From an uncultured Acidobacteriota bacterium (lineage in GTDB: Bacteria > Acidobacteriota > Blastocatellia > Pyrinomonadales > Pyrinomonadaceae), in the NCBI GenBank assembly GCA_963790745.1, contig CAWBPY010000001.1, positions 91,925 through 155,924 of the forward strand: a stretch of 64,000 nt of DNA, written 5' to 3'. Under the pieces are notes generated by a model that saw only the letters and a program-made list of their open reading frames with translations, was not told where the DNA came from and searched no databases. Each line of letters begins with the position of its first letter. Position 1 is the first letter of the stretch. A program made the translations under genes and the position numbers. Positions 32,364 to 40,144 of this stretch are shown piece after piece.

Positions 32364-33239
32364 TCAGTGCCGTTGCAACATCCCATCAACGATCGTACAC
32401 GATGCAGAGTTACCTAAACATGATGGATGGATACCGCCCAATGTTACGGTTGCAGTTATTGATTGCGACCGTGGGACATCCGACGCGTCAATCGTGATCT
32501 TCGACGTCCCCTGGCCACTGACAATCTTTCCGGCGGTTAATGACCAGGTGTACGTTGGCTTCAGGTCCACATCACCACCGGAAACAGTCGCCACAAAAGT
32601 TATGGCCTGTTTCGAGTCGACTGCGCTTGGGCAACTCACCGATAAAATCGGACAAGGCGACTCCACCCACACGCATTCAGAACAACGGGCAACTTTAACT
32701 GTTGTCGAAGTAGCCGCCGTGTGTTGGTTGCTATCGTTGACCTCAACTGTCGCGGTGTAAGTGCCCTCTGGAAGCCCACCCAAGTCCCAGGTCAGCATGC
32801 GACCATCACCGTCAAGGCGGCCTCCAGTAACCGCCCACGTAAATAACAACTTGTCGCTGTCAGGGGCTGTCGCGTCGGCAGCCAGCGTCACTTCTTGGCT
32901 GGAGGAACAACTCGCAGAAACAGAACGCATAGCTGGGGGACAGAATGTGATTAAAGAGCTCGACGAAGTTATGGAAACAGTTGGTGGCAGACGACAAACC
33001 ACCCGATCTGGCCTTCTAAACAGACCAGTGACTCCGTGAATGACCGAAGAGAAAAATCTTCGCACTGGATTCGGTCGACTCGGCTTGCTATTGGGTGTGG
33101 GCAATGGTGTCGGTGAAACTGTGGCTGAGGTAACGGGCAAAGGAAGTGTCTCAACCCGATTTGCCGTCACCACAATGAAGAGCACGCAGCCGATCGTTAT
33201 CAAACTCAATAAACGAGCAATCCCTTTGCTGAGTCGCAT
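32364..33239 (-). CDS. hypothetical secreted protein with Ig-like repeats
   Basis: 291 aa; signal peptide and two similar segments (TWAVTGGRLDG...TATVEVND / TWSLTAGKIVSG...TATVTLG). Confidence 0.45.
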   Translation of the reverse strand: MRLSKGIARLLSLITIGCVLFIVVTANRVETLPLPVTSATVSPTPLPTPNSKPSRPNPVRRFFSSVIHGVTGLFRRPDRVVCRLPPTVSITSSSSLITFCPPAMRSVSASCSSSQEVTLAADATAPDSDKLLFTWAVTGGRLDGDGRMLTWDLGGLPEGTYTATVEVNDSNQHTAATSTTVKVARCSECVWVESPCPILSVSCPSAVDSKQAITFVATVSGGDVDLKPTYTWSLTAGKIVSGQGTSKITIDASDVPRSQSITATVTLGGIHPSCLGNSASCTIVDGMLQRH

Positions 33240-33364
33240 TTTGATTTCTAATGGTCCGCAGTCTTTCGTCCTAAACTTTCAGAGTTTAACCTTGCCTCTC
33301 TTAATTATGAATGGTAGAAGGGTACAAATTACATATTCCTCTTTCCATTTAGTGAGTTCTCCCT

Positions 33365-34774
33365 ATGCCTGACATCCAAACTCACCCGCTGCTGGAACCA
33401 CAGTTTCAGGCCGAGACAGATCGCCTGACCGGAACAAATTTACGGGAAGGGAATTCAGTAACGTTCCTGCCGAGTGGTAGTCAGTCGTATGCGAAGCGTT
33501 GGGAGTTGATTGAGGGCGCGCGACACAGCCTCGATCTCGTGACGTTTTCCATTATCAACGACGGTACGAGTCAGCGCCTGCGCGACCTGCTCGCGAAAAA
33601 AGTGAAAGAGGGTGTGGTGGTGCGCCTCGTGGTGGATGATCTGGCGGTGTACAGCGCCATGAGCGCCGGACTCCTCGACGAGATGGCGAAAGCCGGTATC
33701 GCCGTGATCCGTTATCACAAAGTCTTTCGCGACTGGCTACCCGATCTGCGTAAAGGCAGTCCGTTTTCTCAACTGGTCCAGATCTTCAGGTACAAAATCA
33801 AGCGGCGCTATCATGAAAAGTTCACGCTCGTTGATGGAAGGGAACTCATACTCGGAGGTATCAACTGGGGCGATAAGTATGCGTTCGGTGGCATCAGGCC
33901 GGATGCCTGGCGCGATACGGACATGTATCTGTCTGGTCCAGCCGTTGCCGATGTTCAGCGCCAGTTCATCAGGAGCTTCTTTCTGTATGACGCGATGGAA
34001 AAGGAGTATGAAGCGCGACGACAACCGGGCTTTGATCGCGAGGCACATTATGAGAGTGCGCGAGTACAAGCGGAAAGTGTGATTGAGGCGAAACCGCCTG
34101 CCTACTTTCCAGTGTTGTCACCTACAGGAACTGAGCGCGTGCGATATGTGCCTCACAAACCTTATGACGAAGAACGTTTGCGCATGACTGAAGCGTGCTT
34201 GTTGATGTTTCAGAAGGCACAGAGATACATCTACTGGGGATGTCATGCGATTCGCCCACCGCGGATTATCGCGGAGTCGCTGGCCCAGGCTGCGCAACGC
34301 GGCGTTGAAATCCGGCTAATTACAAATTCGAAAGAGTCTTCGAGAGGTCTGCTGGCGCATGGCTTCTTTGGATTTTTGTACCGTGAATGCGCGAATCATT
34401 TTCGTTGGCTAATCGAGCACGGCATAAGAGTATTCGAGTGGCAAAAGCCTGGTGCATTTCATTCCAAGAACCTTGTCATCGATGACGTCGTCGCGGCAAT
34501 CGGGTCGTATAACGTCGCGAACGGCTCAACTTTCAGCCACACGGAAAGCACGCTCATCGTCTACGGCGGCGACATGCCGGCGGCCGTGCGACAACAATTC
34601 GAGATCGACTTCAAAGACTGTCGTGAAGTGCAACTCTCTGAAACCAGAATCCCGGCGCGGAAACATGATCCCTTCCTACGCCTCCTCGACCGCCGCAACC
34701 TGCTGATCGATCGTTCGCTGCTCACCGATGCCGTCCGACAGGACCTCGACGCCGGACGCATCAAACCTCGGTGA
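33365..34774 (+). CDS. phospholipase D family protein (cardiolipin synthase-like)
   Basis: 469 aa; two HKD motifs (YHEKFTLVDG and FHSKNLVIDD). Confidence 0.8.
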   Translation: MPDIQTHPLLEPQFQAETDRLTGTNLREGNSVTFLPSGSQSYAKRWELIEGARHSLDLVTFSIINDGTSQRLRDLLAKKVKEGVVVRLVVDDLAVYSAMSAGLLDEMAKAGIAVIRYHKVFRDWLPDLRKGSPFSQLVQIFRYKIKRRYHEKFTLVDGRELILGGINWGDKYAFGGIRPDAWRDTDMYLSGPAVADVQRQFIRSFFLYDAMEKEYEARRQPGFDREAHYESARVQAESVIEAKPPAYFPVLSPTGTERVRYVPHKPYDEERLRMTEACLLMFQKAQRYIYWGCHAIRPPRIIAESLAQAAQRGVEIRLITNSKESSRGLLAHGFFGFLYRECANHFRWLIEHGIRVFEWQKPGAFHSKNLVIDDVVAAIGSYNVANGSTFSHTESTLIVYGGDMPAAVRQQFEIDFKDCREVQLSETRIPARKHDPFLRLLDRRNLLIDRSLLTDAVRQDLDAGRIKPR

Positions 34775-34779
34775 CCTGA

Positions 34780-34823
34780 CTTGGATACAGTCAGTTACCA
34801 TCTCGTGGTAGCGGGATGACTAC
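34780..34823. repeat. partial copy of repeat family E
   Basis: CTTGGATACAGTCAGTTACCATCTCGTGGTAGCGGGATGACTAC. Confidence 0.6.
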
Positions 34824-34844
34824 GAAGTCCCATTTGGTTACGAA

Positions 34845-34876
34845 TAAAAAACCGGGAGACCTCACGGCTCCCGGTT
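34845..34876 (-). terminator. rho-independent terminator (minus strand)
   Basis: Stem ACCGGGAG (34851-34858) / CTCCCGGT (34868-34875). On the minus strand it is followed by TTTTTTAT. Lies 30 nt after the small ORF 34908-35021. Confidence 0.65.
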
Positions 34877-34907
34877 CGTCTAGTTCGATCATAAGTGCGA
34901 ATTGTCG

Positions 34908-35021
34908 TTAAGCTTGCTGCACGGTTTCAGGTTGGTTGGCAATGGGACACTCATCGAAGTTACCCGTTGGTCCTGATGCACCGAATGTAATCACGATCGA
35001 TAACAGTATCTCGAGAATCAT
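34908..35021 (-). CDS. possible small peptide gene (37 aa)
   Basis: GAAGGAGACGAAA then ATG. Reads MILEILLSIVITFGASGPTGNFDECPIANQPETVQQA, TAA, then a terminator. Below the ORF-track cutoff. Confidence 0.35.
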   Translation of the reverse strand: MILEILLSIVITFGASGPTGNFDECPIANQPETVQQA

Positions 35022-35239
35022 TTTCGTCTCCTTCTAATGGACGCCTGTTTATTTGAGTCGGCGCCCGTTTACACTCACTAGTAATAGCGAAAAATGAATT
35101 GAAAAAGGTGCATCCTGCTGCATAAAATTCTTCACGGTGATACCTAACTTGTATGAGCGACGGAGTGAATCGGTATTTATTTATGAGGCATAGCCGGAAC
35201 CGACTGTGATTTTGATCCGCAATTTGTAAAGGAGTGCAA

Positions 35240-35662
35240 ATGAACTATTCACGTCTCGGGCTAGCGGCGCTTGGTGGCATGGTCGCGTCTTTTGCCTTTG
35301 GTTTCTTAGTGTTGGGGCTGATGCCAGCTCTTATCAATGAAGCCCACAAGTACCCGGCCGTATTCCGACCTAAAGAAGAAATGATGACTGTTATGCCAAT
35401 TGGAATCGTCGCAACTTTCATAGCGATCCTGGTTGTCGCCATAATTTTCGCAAAGATACATCAGGGCGGATCAGGCCCAACGGCAGGTGCGCGCTTAGGT
35501 GTTCTCATTGGCATTTTCGCGGTTTGCAATGTGCTGCACAACTACATGAACCTGAACATCGGGCTGAAACTTGCCTTGGGACAGGCTATAGCTTACTTCG
35601 TCCAGTGGACTATCGTCGGAATAGTCATCGGTCTTATTTACAAACCCCTCGCTACACCATAA
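35240..35662 (+). CDS. hypothetical four-helix membrane protein (DUF1761-like)
   Basis: ATG at 35240 six nt after AAAGGAG; hydrophobic helices throughout. Confidence 0.45.
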   Translation: MNYSRLGLAALGGMVASFAFGFLVLGLMPALINEAHKYPAVFRPKEEMMTVMPIGIVATFIAILVVAIIFAKIHQGGSGPTAGARLGVLIGIFAVCNVLHNYMNLNIGLKLALGQAIAYFVQWTIVGIVIGLIYKPLATP

Positions 35663-35833
35663 CGACTCCCGTAGGATTAAGCCGGCTTCACGCAAATCTG
35701 AGATCCCAAAACTAATCGCCGAACCGGAGATGGTGTAGGTTAAGCGCCTGAGGTGAGTCGCCAACAATTGAGCGACAGTGTTACAAGTGTGCAAAACGAA
35801 CGTACTAGAACAACTCAGGAGGCCGCAAACAAG

Positions 35834-36118
35834 ATGAAGTGCACAGCATGTGGAAGTTCAGCGCTCGTCGAGGGCACAATTATGGGTTCCGGCGACGGAT
35901 CAACGTTTGGGTTTTACCCGAGCGACGTGCCAGCTCTTAAACGTATTTTTGGTATTGGGAGCAGAGCAGTTCAAGCGTATGGATGCGTCCGTTGTCGAAA
36001 CTTGCAATTTACCGTTGAGTTTAGTGAACGCGATTTAGAGCGCTATCAGAAGTTTGAAGGTGAGCAGCCAGATGTGTTGGAAAGAATAAACTCAGATCCG
36101 AAAAAGTTGGAAGGCTAG
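35834..36118 (+). CDS. small zinc-ribbon-type protein, tandem paralog 1
   Basis: ATG at 35834 after CAGGAGG. MKCTACGS...CVRCRN (two CxxC pairs). Paralog of 36575-36862. Confidence 0.55.
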   Translation: MKCTACGSSALVEGTIMGSGDGSTFGFYPSDVPALKRIFGIGSRAVQAYGCVRCRNLQFTVEFSERDLERYQKFEGEQPDVLERINSDPKKLEG

Positions 36119-36160
36119 GTCATTTTGATTTTTACTGCACGATCAATATAGGAGATTCCC

Positions 36161-36334
36161 ATGTTACAGCTTCTCACGATTGTTTTAGCGATTGTATTTT
36201 CCCTCTCTAATGAACCGCCTCAAACCGCTCTGGGCGACCTACAAACGTCAGCTGTGACAGCGCCCGGCGATCAACAGACACCGCCCGCGCCAGCGCCCGC
36301 ACCCGGCGATCAGGACACACCGGGCCGTCCTTGA
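36161..36334 (+). CDS. possible small secreted Pro-rich protein (57 aa)
   Basis: TAGGAGATTCCC then ATG. Reads MLQLLTIVLAIVFSL...PPAPAPAPGDQDTPGRP. Competes with the antisense ORF 36207-36413. Confidence 0.3.
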   Translation: MLQLLTIVLAIVFSLSNEPPQTALGDLQTSAVTAPGDQQTPPAPAPAPGDQDTPGRP

Positions 36335-36574
36335 TCCGCCAGGAAATACCAGCGGTAGCAACTAACGCTACAACGTGCCACTGGAACAAATCGTGGACGA
36401 TCAACTCGAACAAGATCTTCTAATCAGTCAAAATTATTCTTGAAGGCCTGCATTTCTGATTGAGTTTCAAGCCCTGCGCGATCACGTATCTTGAGAATGT
36501 ATTTGCTCATGGCGGCATCCTACGCCGCCTGAGAGTTTTATTTTTCGCAGACTACTCAGGAGGCCGCAAACAAG

Positions 36575-36862
36575 ATGAAGTGCACAGCATGTGGAAGCAC
36601 AGCCTTGATTGAAGGCACAATCAGGGATTCCAACACGTCAGTCATTCGGTTTTACCCGAGCGACGTGCAAACTCTTAAAACTATTTTAGGTTTTGCTGTT
36701 GGCGGCAGAGCAGTTCAAGCGTATGGATGCATGCACTGTCAAAACTTACAACTCGCTGTCGCCTTTAGCGAAAGCGATTTAGAACGTTACCAGCAGTTTG
36801 AAGGTGAGCAGCCAGATGTGTTGGAAAGAATAAACTCAAATCCGAAGAAGTTGGAAGGCTAG
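36575..36862 (+). CDS. small zinc-ribbon-type protein, tandem paralog 2
   Basis: The same 5' region (ACTCAGGAGGCCGCAAACAAGATGAAGTGCACAGCATGTGGAAG) and the same 3' end as 35834-36118. Confidence 0.55.
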   Translation: MKCTACGSTALIEGTIRDSNTSVIRFYPSDVQTLKTILGFAVGGRAVQAYGCMHCQNLQLAVAFSESDLERYQQFEGEQPDVLERINSNPKKLEG

Positions 36863-36917
36863 CGATTTCGGATCAATCAGCCGCACGCGCCCGCTTCCAC
36901 TTTAATCACCATTAAAA

Positions 36918-36936
36918 AGGCAAAGCCCTATTCAAC
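36918..36936 (+). repeat. half-copy of the island hairpin (left arm plus loop)
   Basis: AGGCAAAGCCCTATTCAAC compared with AGGCAAAGCCCGGTCCAAC at 62255-62273. Confidence 0.4.
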
Positions 36937-37127
36937 TGTTCTCACGGCAACTCGCTCAATAAAATCCATCCGGCCCTGAGTCAAACGAAAATTTCGCGCC
37001 GCAGTAATACGGGTGAAGAGTTCAGCAACTTCTTCCGACAGCAGTAATTTGCGGATCATCGCGGCCGTCGAATCCGATGGCGGGCGGTGCTCCCATCAGA
37101 TCAACGCAATATTTAAAGGAGTAGAGA

Positions 37128-37560
37128 ATGAGAAATCTAAGTTTTGTGAAAAGGATGACGGCGCTGGCAATGGCGCTCATGTTTTTGGTCGCTTCGAACG
37201 TCACGCGCGTTGAGGCGGCTCCAGCCAACAACCATACCCCGGAACAGATCGAAGCGATTGTTAGGGATATGTACGATAAATTCGCTGCGTTCGATGCTCA
37301 GGGGACCACAAACTGTTTTGCCCCTGATGGCACAATTGAAGACTCGGTCGGGACTACGCCGATACAGGGAACACAAGCCATCCTTGCTTATCAGCAATCG
37401 TTTCCCGCGCTCCTGGATGAACTCAGATTCCAGTCGGTTGAGATCACCGTCGGCGGTCAGGAAGCTGCCACCAAATGGAGGATACGTCTTAAGACCAAGA
37501 CCGGAAATGTCTTCCTGGAGGGCATCGGTATCTTGAAAGTCAACGAGAACGGAAAAATTC
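37128..37560 (+). pseudogene. secreted NTF2/SnoaL-like protein, 3' end replaced
   Basis: Signal peptide plus a SnoaL-like core up to ...GILKVNENGKIQ. From about 37560 the frame runs antisense through a SWIM transposase fragment. Confidence 0.5.
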
Positions 37561-37752
37561 AATGTGTTTGCATTTTGTGTTGCGAAACTCGAAGTCTCTG
37601 CAAGTGCATTCCGGCTTTTCGTCGCTCATGGCAACGGTGTACTTTTCTTCGCGTCCGGCCTGTGAGGGAACTAGCCAAAGGTTCGATTTACCTTTACGGA
37701 TCACCTTTGATTTAGCTGCGATTTCCAAGCCTTTAATCTCTCTCGGTTCCAT
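37540..37752 (-). pseudogene. divergent N-terminal SWIM-zinc-finger fragment of the island transposase family
   Basis: 70 aa; REIKGLEIAAKSKVIRKGKSNLWLVPSQAG...CTCRDFEFRNTKCKH aligns with the first ~65 residues of the 416-418 aa transposases, then stops. Confidence 0.6.
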
Positions 37753-37835
37753 CGGGATAACCTCGCTCAGTGGGGATAATTTCTTGAGCGCCTATATTAC
37801 TATAGAGTACATAGACCGTCCAGCAAAATGTGTAC

Positions 37836-37865
37836 TTGACAGTAATATATTTGAGTGCGTATATT
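37836..37865 (+). promoter_or_regulatory. promoter of the zinc-ribbon gene 37873-38025
   Basis: TTGACA (37836-37841), 18 nt, TATATT (37860-37865). Inverted boxes TATATTACT (37793-37801) and AGTAATATA (37841-37849). Confidence 0.5.
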
Positions 37866-37872
37866 TCCGCGC

Positions 37873-38025
37873 ATGGCTAAAGAAACGAGAAAAGTTACCG
37901 TCTATATTTGCGAGCGTTGCGAGCATGAATGGATACCCCGCGACGCAGAGAATGAACCGCGTGTCTGTCCGAAGTGCAAGAGTCCTTACTGGAACAAGCC
38001 GCGACGGAATGCGAAGGCGGCGTAG
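37873..38025 (+). CDS. small zinc-ribbon protein (50 aa), island ZnR family
   Basis: MAKETRKVTVYICERCEHEWIPRDAENEPRVCPKCKSPYWNKPRRNAKAA. Homologous to 48708-48875 and to the N-terminus of 40681-41028. Confidence 0.55.
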   Translation: MAKETRKVTVYICERCEHEWIPRDAENEPRVCPKCKSPYWNKPRRNAKAA

Positions 38026-38032
38026 CTAACAA

Positions 38033-38308
38033 GTGAAAGACGATCAGCTTGATTTGTTTCCCACCAGCGAACCAGAGATCAAGGGCCAGCTTGCGGCCTT
38101 TGCTATTGTGCTGCGCGGTCTAATCGAAACCCTTATAGCGAACGGTTCCTTAACCAAAGAACAGGCAAAGACACTCCTGCATCACTCTGATCTGAAAGCG
38201 GCTTTTGCGATCTGGGATGAACTGCAAGGCGAAATGCCTGATAGCGAACTGAAGCGAATGGAAGAACAGGCGACGCGGTTTCTCGAAAGTCTGAGGCGAG
38301 ATTTGTAA
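38033..38308 (+). CDS. hypothetical protein (91 aa)
   Basis: GTG-start ORF 7 nt after the ZnR gene. No recognisable domain and a weak RBS. Confidence 0.35.
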   Translation: MKDDQLDLFPTSEPEIKGQLAAFAIVLRGLIETLIANGSLTKEQAKTLLHHSDLKAAFAIWDELQGEMPDSELKRMEEQATRFLESLRRDL

Positions 38309-38335
38309 TGGTGTGCCACAAACTAACCATCCGGT

Positions 38336-38490
38336 TCGGTCAATATGCTTTTTGAGGCAAAAGCTGTTATTGAGGCAAAGCCCGGTCCAACGGTCCAACG
38401 GCTTTGCCTAATAAGTCGCGTTTGCCTAAAAATTCCTCCGTTTGCCCAAAAAATCATTTTGACCGCAAACGGCGAACCTTTAGGCAAGCG
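38336..38490. repeat. island hairpin-iteron module, copy 1
   Basis: TGAGGCAAA at 38353 and 38371. Hairpin AGGCAAAGCC-CGGTCCAACGGTCCAAC-GGCTTTGCCT (38373-38409). TTTGCCTAA at 38403 and 38421, TTTGCCCAA at 38441, TTAGGCAAG at 38480. Confidence 0.85.
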
Positions 38491-38497
38491 CCAGATA

Positions 38498-38836
38498 TTA
38501 GAACGTCTTAATGCCCAGCGCGTTTAGCATCTGTTCTTCCTCACGAGTTAGCTTGCCCTCAGTCAGTCGGATGAACAGGTTAAAGGATGCGTCGTGAAAT
38601 TCGGAATATCCGAATAGCACTTCCATCGCGAGATCAAGTGACTCCATTACTGCCGGAGGCTTGATTAGTTGACCTTCGAAGTAGTTCCGAAGCATCGCGA
38701 AATTAAATCCGAGCCTGAGCGCCGCGTAATGCTCTCCCTCGAACGGCTCAAAGGCTTGTTCCCATAGGTCGCGTTCTACGAGTGGGTTCGGGATCGGATC
38801 ATCTTCCGTGATGTCCGTGGTAACATTTATTTGCAT
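38498..38836 (-). CDS. island small protein family X (112 aa)
   Basis: ATG at 38836 after AGAAAGGAACTGACC. MQINVTTDITEDDPIPNPLVERDLWEQAFEPFEGEHYAALRLG...LTREEEQMLNALGIKTF. Paralogs at 57789, 61818 and 45117. Confidence 0.6.
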   Translation of the reverse strand: MQINVTTDITEDDPIPNPLVERDLWEQAFEPFEGEHYAALRLGFNFAMLRNYFEGQLIKPPAVMESLDLAMEVLFGYSEFHDASFNLFIRLTEGKLTREEEQMLNALGIKTF

Positions 38837-38933
38837 GGTCAGTTCCTTTCTCCTTAACGTGGTTAGGAATTGGCTGTGTAGGGCTGGTGAGTGTTTCGAG
38901 CACTTGCCAGCCCGCTTCATTTTGAGGCCAACC

Positions 38934-38962
38934 ACTATAGACACATTGTTTCATCTGTGCAA
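38934..38962 (-). promoter_or_regulatory. family X promoter (TTGCAC-N17-TATAGT)
   Basis: Minus strand: TTGCAC (38957-38962), 17 nt, TATAGT (38934-38939). Identical boxes precede all four family X genes. Confidence 0.65.
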
Positions 38963-39009
38963 GGTGTTTGTGGCCGTAGCGGGCTGATCGATCCGACAGA
39001 CTTACGTTG

Positions 39010-39294
39010 CTATGGCGGCGGTTGTTGTTCTTCTTCTTCCTCTGCTTCTCCTATATCCCTTCCGCCTCCAAAATAAAAACCAAGGGCTGAACCGATAAGC
39101 GTGGTAAGTGCGGGGAATACAGTTTGAATAAACGAATCAGGCTTCCTGTCGCACCATATCAAAACGAACGTACCAATGATGGTCATACCAAGTATGATGA
39201 GCAGCCCAATCATCACCTTTGTACGGGTTTTCTCCCGTTTCCGGTCAACATAATGCTTGATTGGCACACCGCTACTTGTCGTTGGCTGGCTCAT
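39010..39294 (-). CDS. small two-helix membrane protein with acidic tail
   Basis: 94 aa. The start overlaps the stop of the upstream gene (ATGA). TM helices VMIGLLIILGMTIIGTFVLIW and FPALTTLIGSALGFYF; EAEEEEEQQPPP tail. Confidence 0.5.
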   Translation of the reverse strand: MSQPTTSSGVPIKHYVDRKREKTRTKVMIGLLIILGMTIIGTFVLIWCDRKPDSFIQTVFPALTTLIGSALGFYFGGGRDIGEAEEEEEQQPPP

Positions 39295-40130
39295 GAAACT
39301 TCCTCGCTTGTATCTTCCGAGTATTCCTCAGGCGGCACAGAATCAAATAACGGCATAGGTTTATCTTTGGGCGGGTAAAACAGTCCGACTATGATCCAGA
39401 CGTTGGGATGCCCGTGCATTGTGCCAACAAAGAAATGGGTATCCCGCTCGATCATTTTTGTCTCATAGGTTTTCCGAAATTCAGCTTCCCAATCATTGCC
39501 ATATTCTTTAGACCACTTGCGCCATGATTGGCCCATCTCCCAGTCAGTGCAGATAATCTTGTGACCCGAACACTTACTTTCATCACAGGTAAACTCATAT
39601 TGAAAGTCAAAGGGGACTTTCTCTAGTTCCTGTTTTGGCCCAGCTTGAAACAGGTGGCCTTGCCGAAGGATGCTCTTTTGAGACTCCGTCCACTCTGCGG
39701 CAGCGGTTTTGATCACTAATCTGTTGATGGTTTTTGGCTTGAAAACTCCAAGTGTCGGAGAGCCTTTAGCGACTTGCTCTCTTTTCAGGCAACAAAGGCA
39801 GTGCGCTTTTAGTGGAAGGACAAACTTCTTTCTTGCTCGCCATCCATTTGCAGTAGACAAAATAGGCGAGACGATCTTGATCGTTGCACTATTTAATTTA
39901 TGGCTTTCGGGGCGAGGATCTTTCGAGGCTTTCGCCATACTGGCTTCGATCCATTGATACTTACTGAACCGTTGATCTTGCTCCAAGAATCGGTAGGGAA
40001 TTGGAAACAACCGAAGCCACTCGCCAGTCTCAGTGATCGCGGCAGTACATGACACCTCCACTCCCGATTTTGCGGGAACAGGATATGTCCGTACTACTAT
40101 GAGCGCCTTTTTCGTTTCCGAAGGCGGCAT
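39291..40130 (-). CDS. Cys-rich protein of unknown function (279 aa), DUF488 operon
   Basis: ALIVVRTYPVPAKSGVEVSCTAAITETGEWLRLFPIPYRF..., HCLCCLK, FTCDESKCSGHKIICTDWE. No domain recognised by eye. Confidence 0.55.
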   Translation of the reverse strand: MPPSETKKALIVVRTYPVPAKSGVEVSCTAAITETGEWLRLFPIPYRFLEQDQRFSKYQWIEASMAKASKDPRPESHKLNSATIKIVSPILSTANGWRARKKFVLPLKAHCLCCLKREQVAKGSPTLGVFKPKTINRLVIKTAAAEWTESQKSILRQGHLFQAGPKQELEKVPFDFQYEFTCDESKCSGHKIICTDWEMGQSWRKWSKEYGNDWEAEFRKTYETKMIERDTHFFVGTMHGHPNVWIIVGLFYPPKDKPMPLFDSVPPEEYSEDTSEEVS

Positions 40131-40144
40131 GAATCTCTCGTGGG

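Noticed and set aside
36207-36413. Minus-strand ORF 36207-36413 (68 aa)
   Set aside because: It has no RBS and overlaps the plus-strand 57-codon ORF, which does have a strong RBS. Neither is certain, so I list only the plus-strand candidate, at low confidence.
38336-38490. Possible CRISPR array (repeated short motif with regular spacing)
   Set aside because: The repeat unit is only 9 nt, the spacing is 18-20 bp, and copies occur in both orientations around a dyad. There are no cas genes. The same reasoning applies to the 12-mer array at 49113-49233.
38345-38527. ORFs 38345-38527 (+) and 58028-58267 (-), both starting MLFEAKAVIEAKP
   Set aside because: They are translations of the hairpin-iteron module itself (the same DNA in inverted copies). 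They have no RBS and run across the hairpin and the 9-mers, so I treat them as repeat artefacts.
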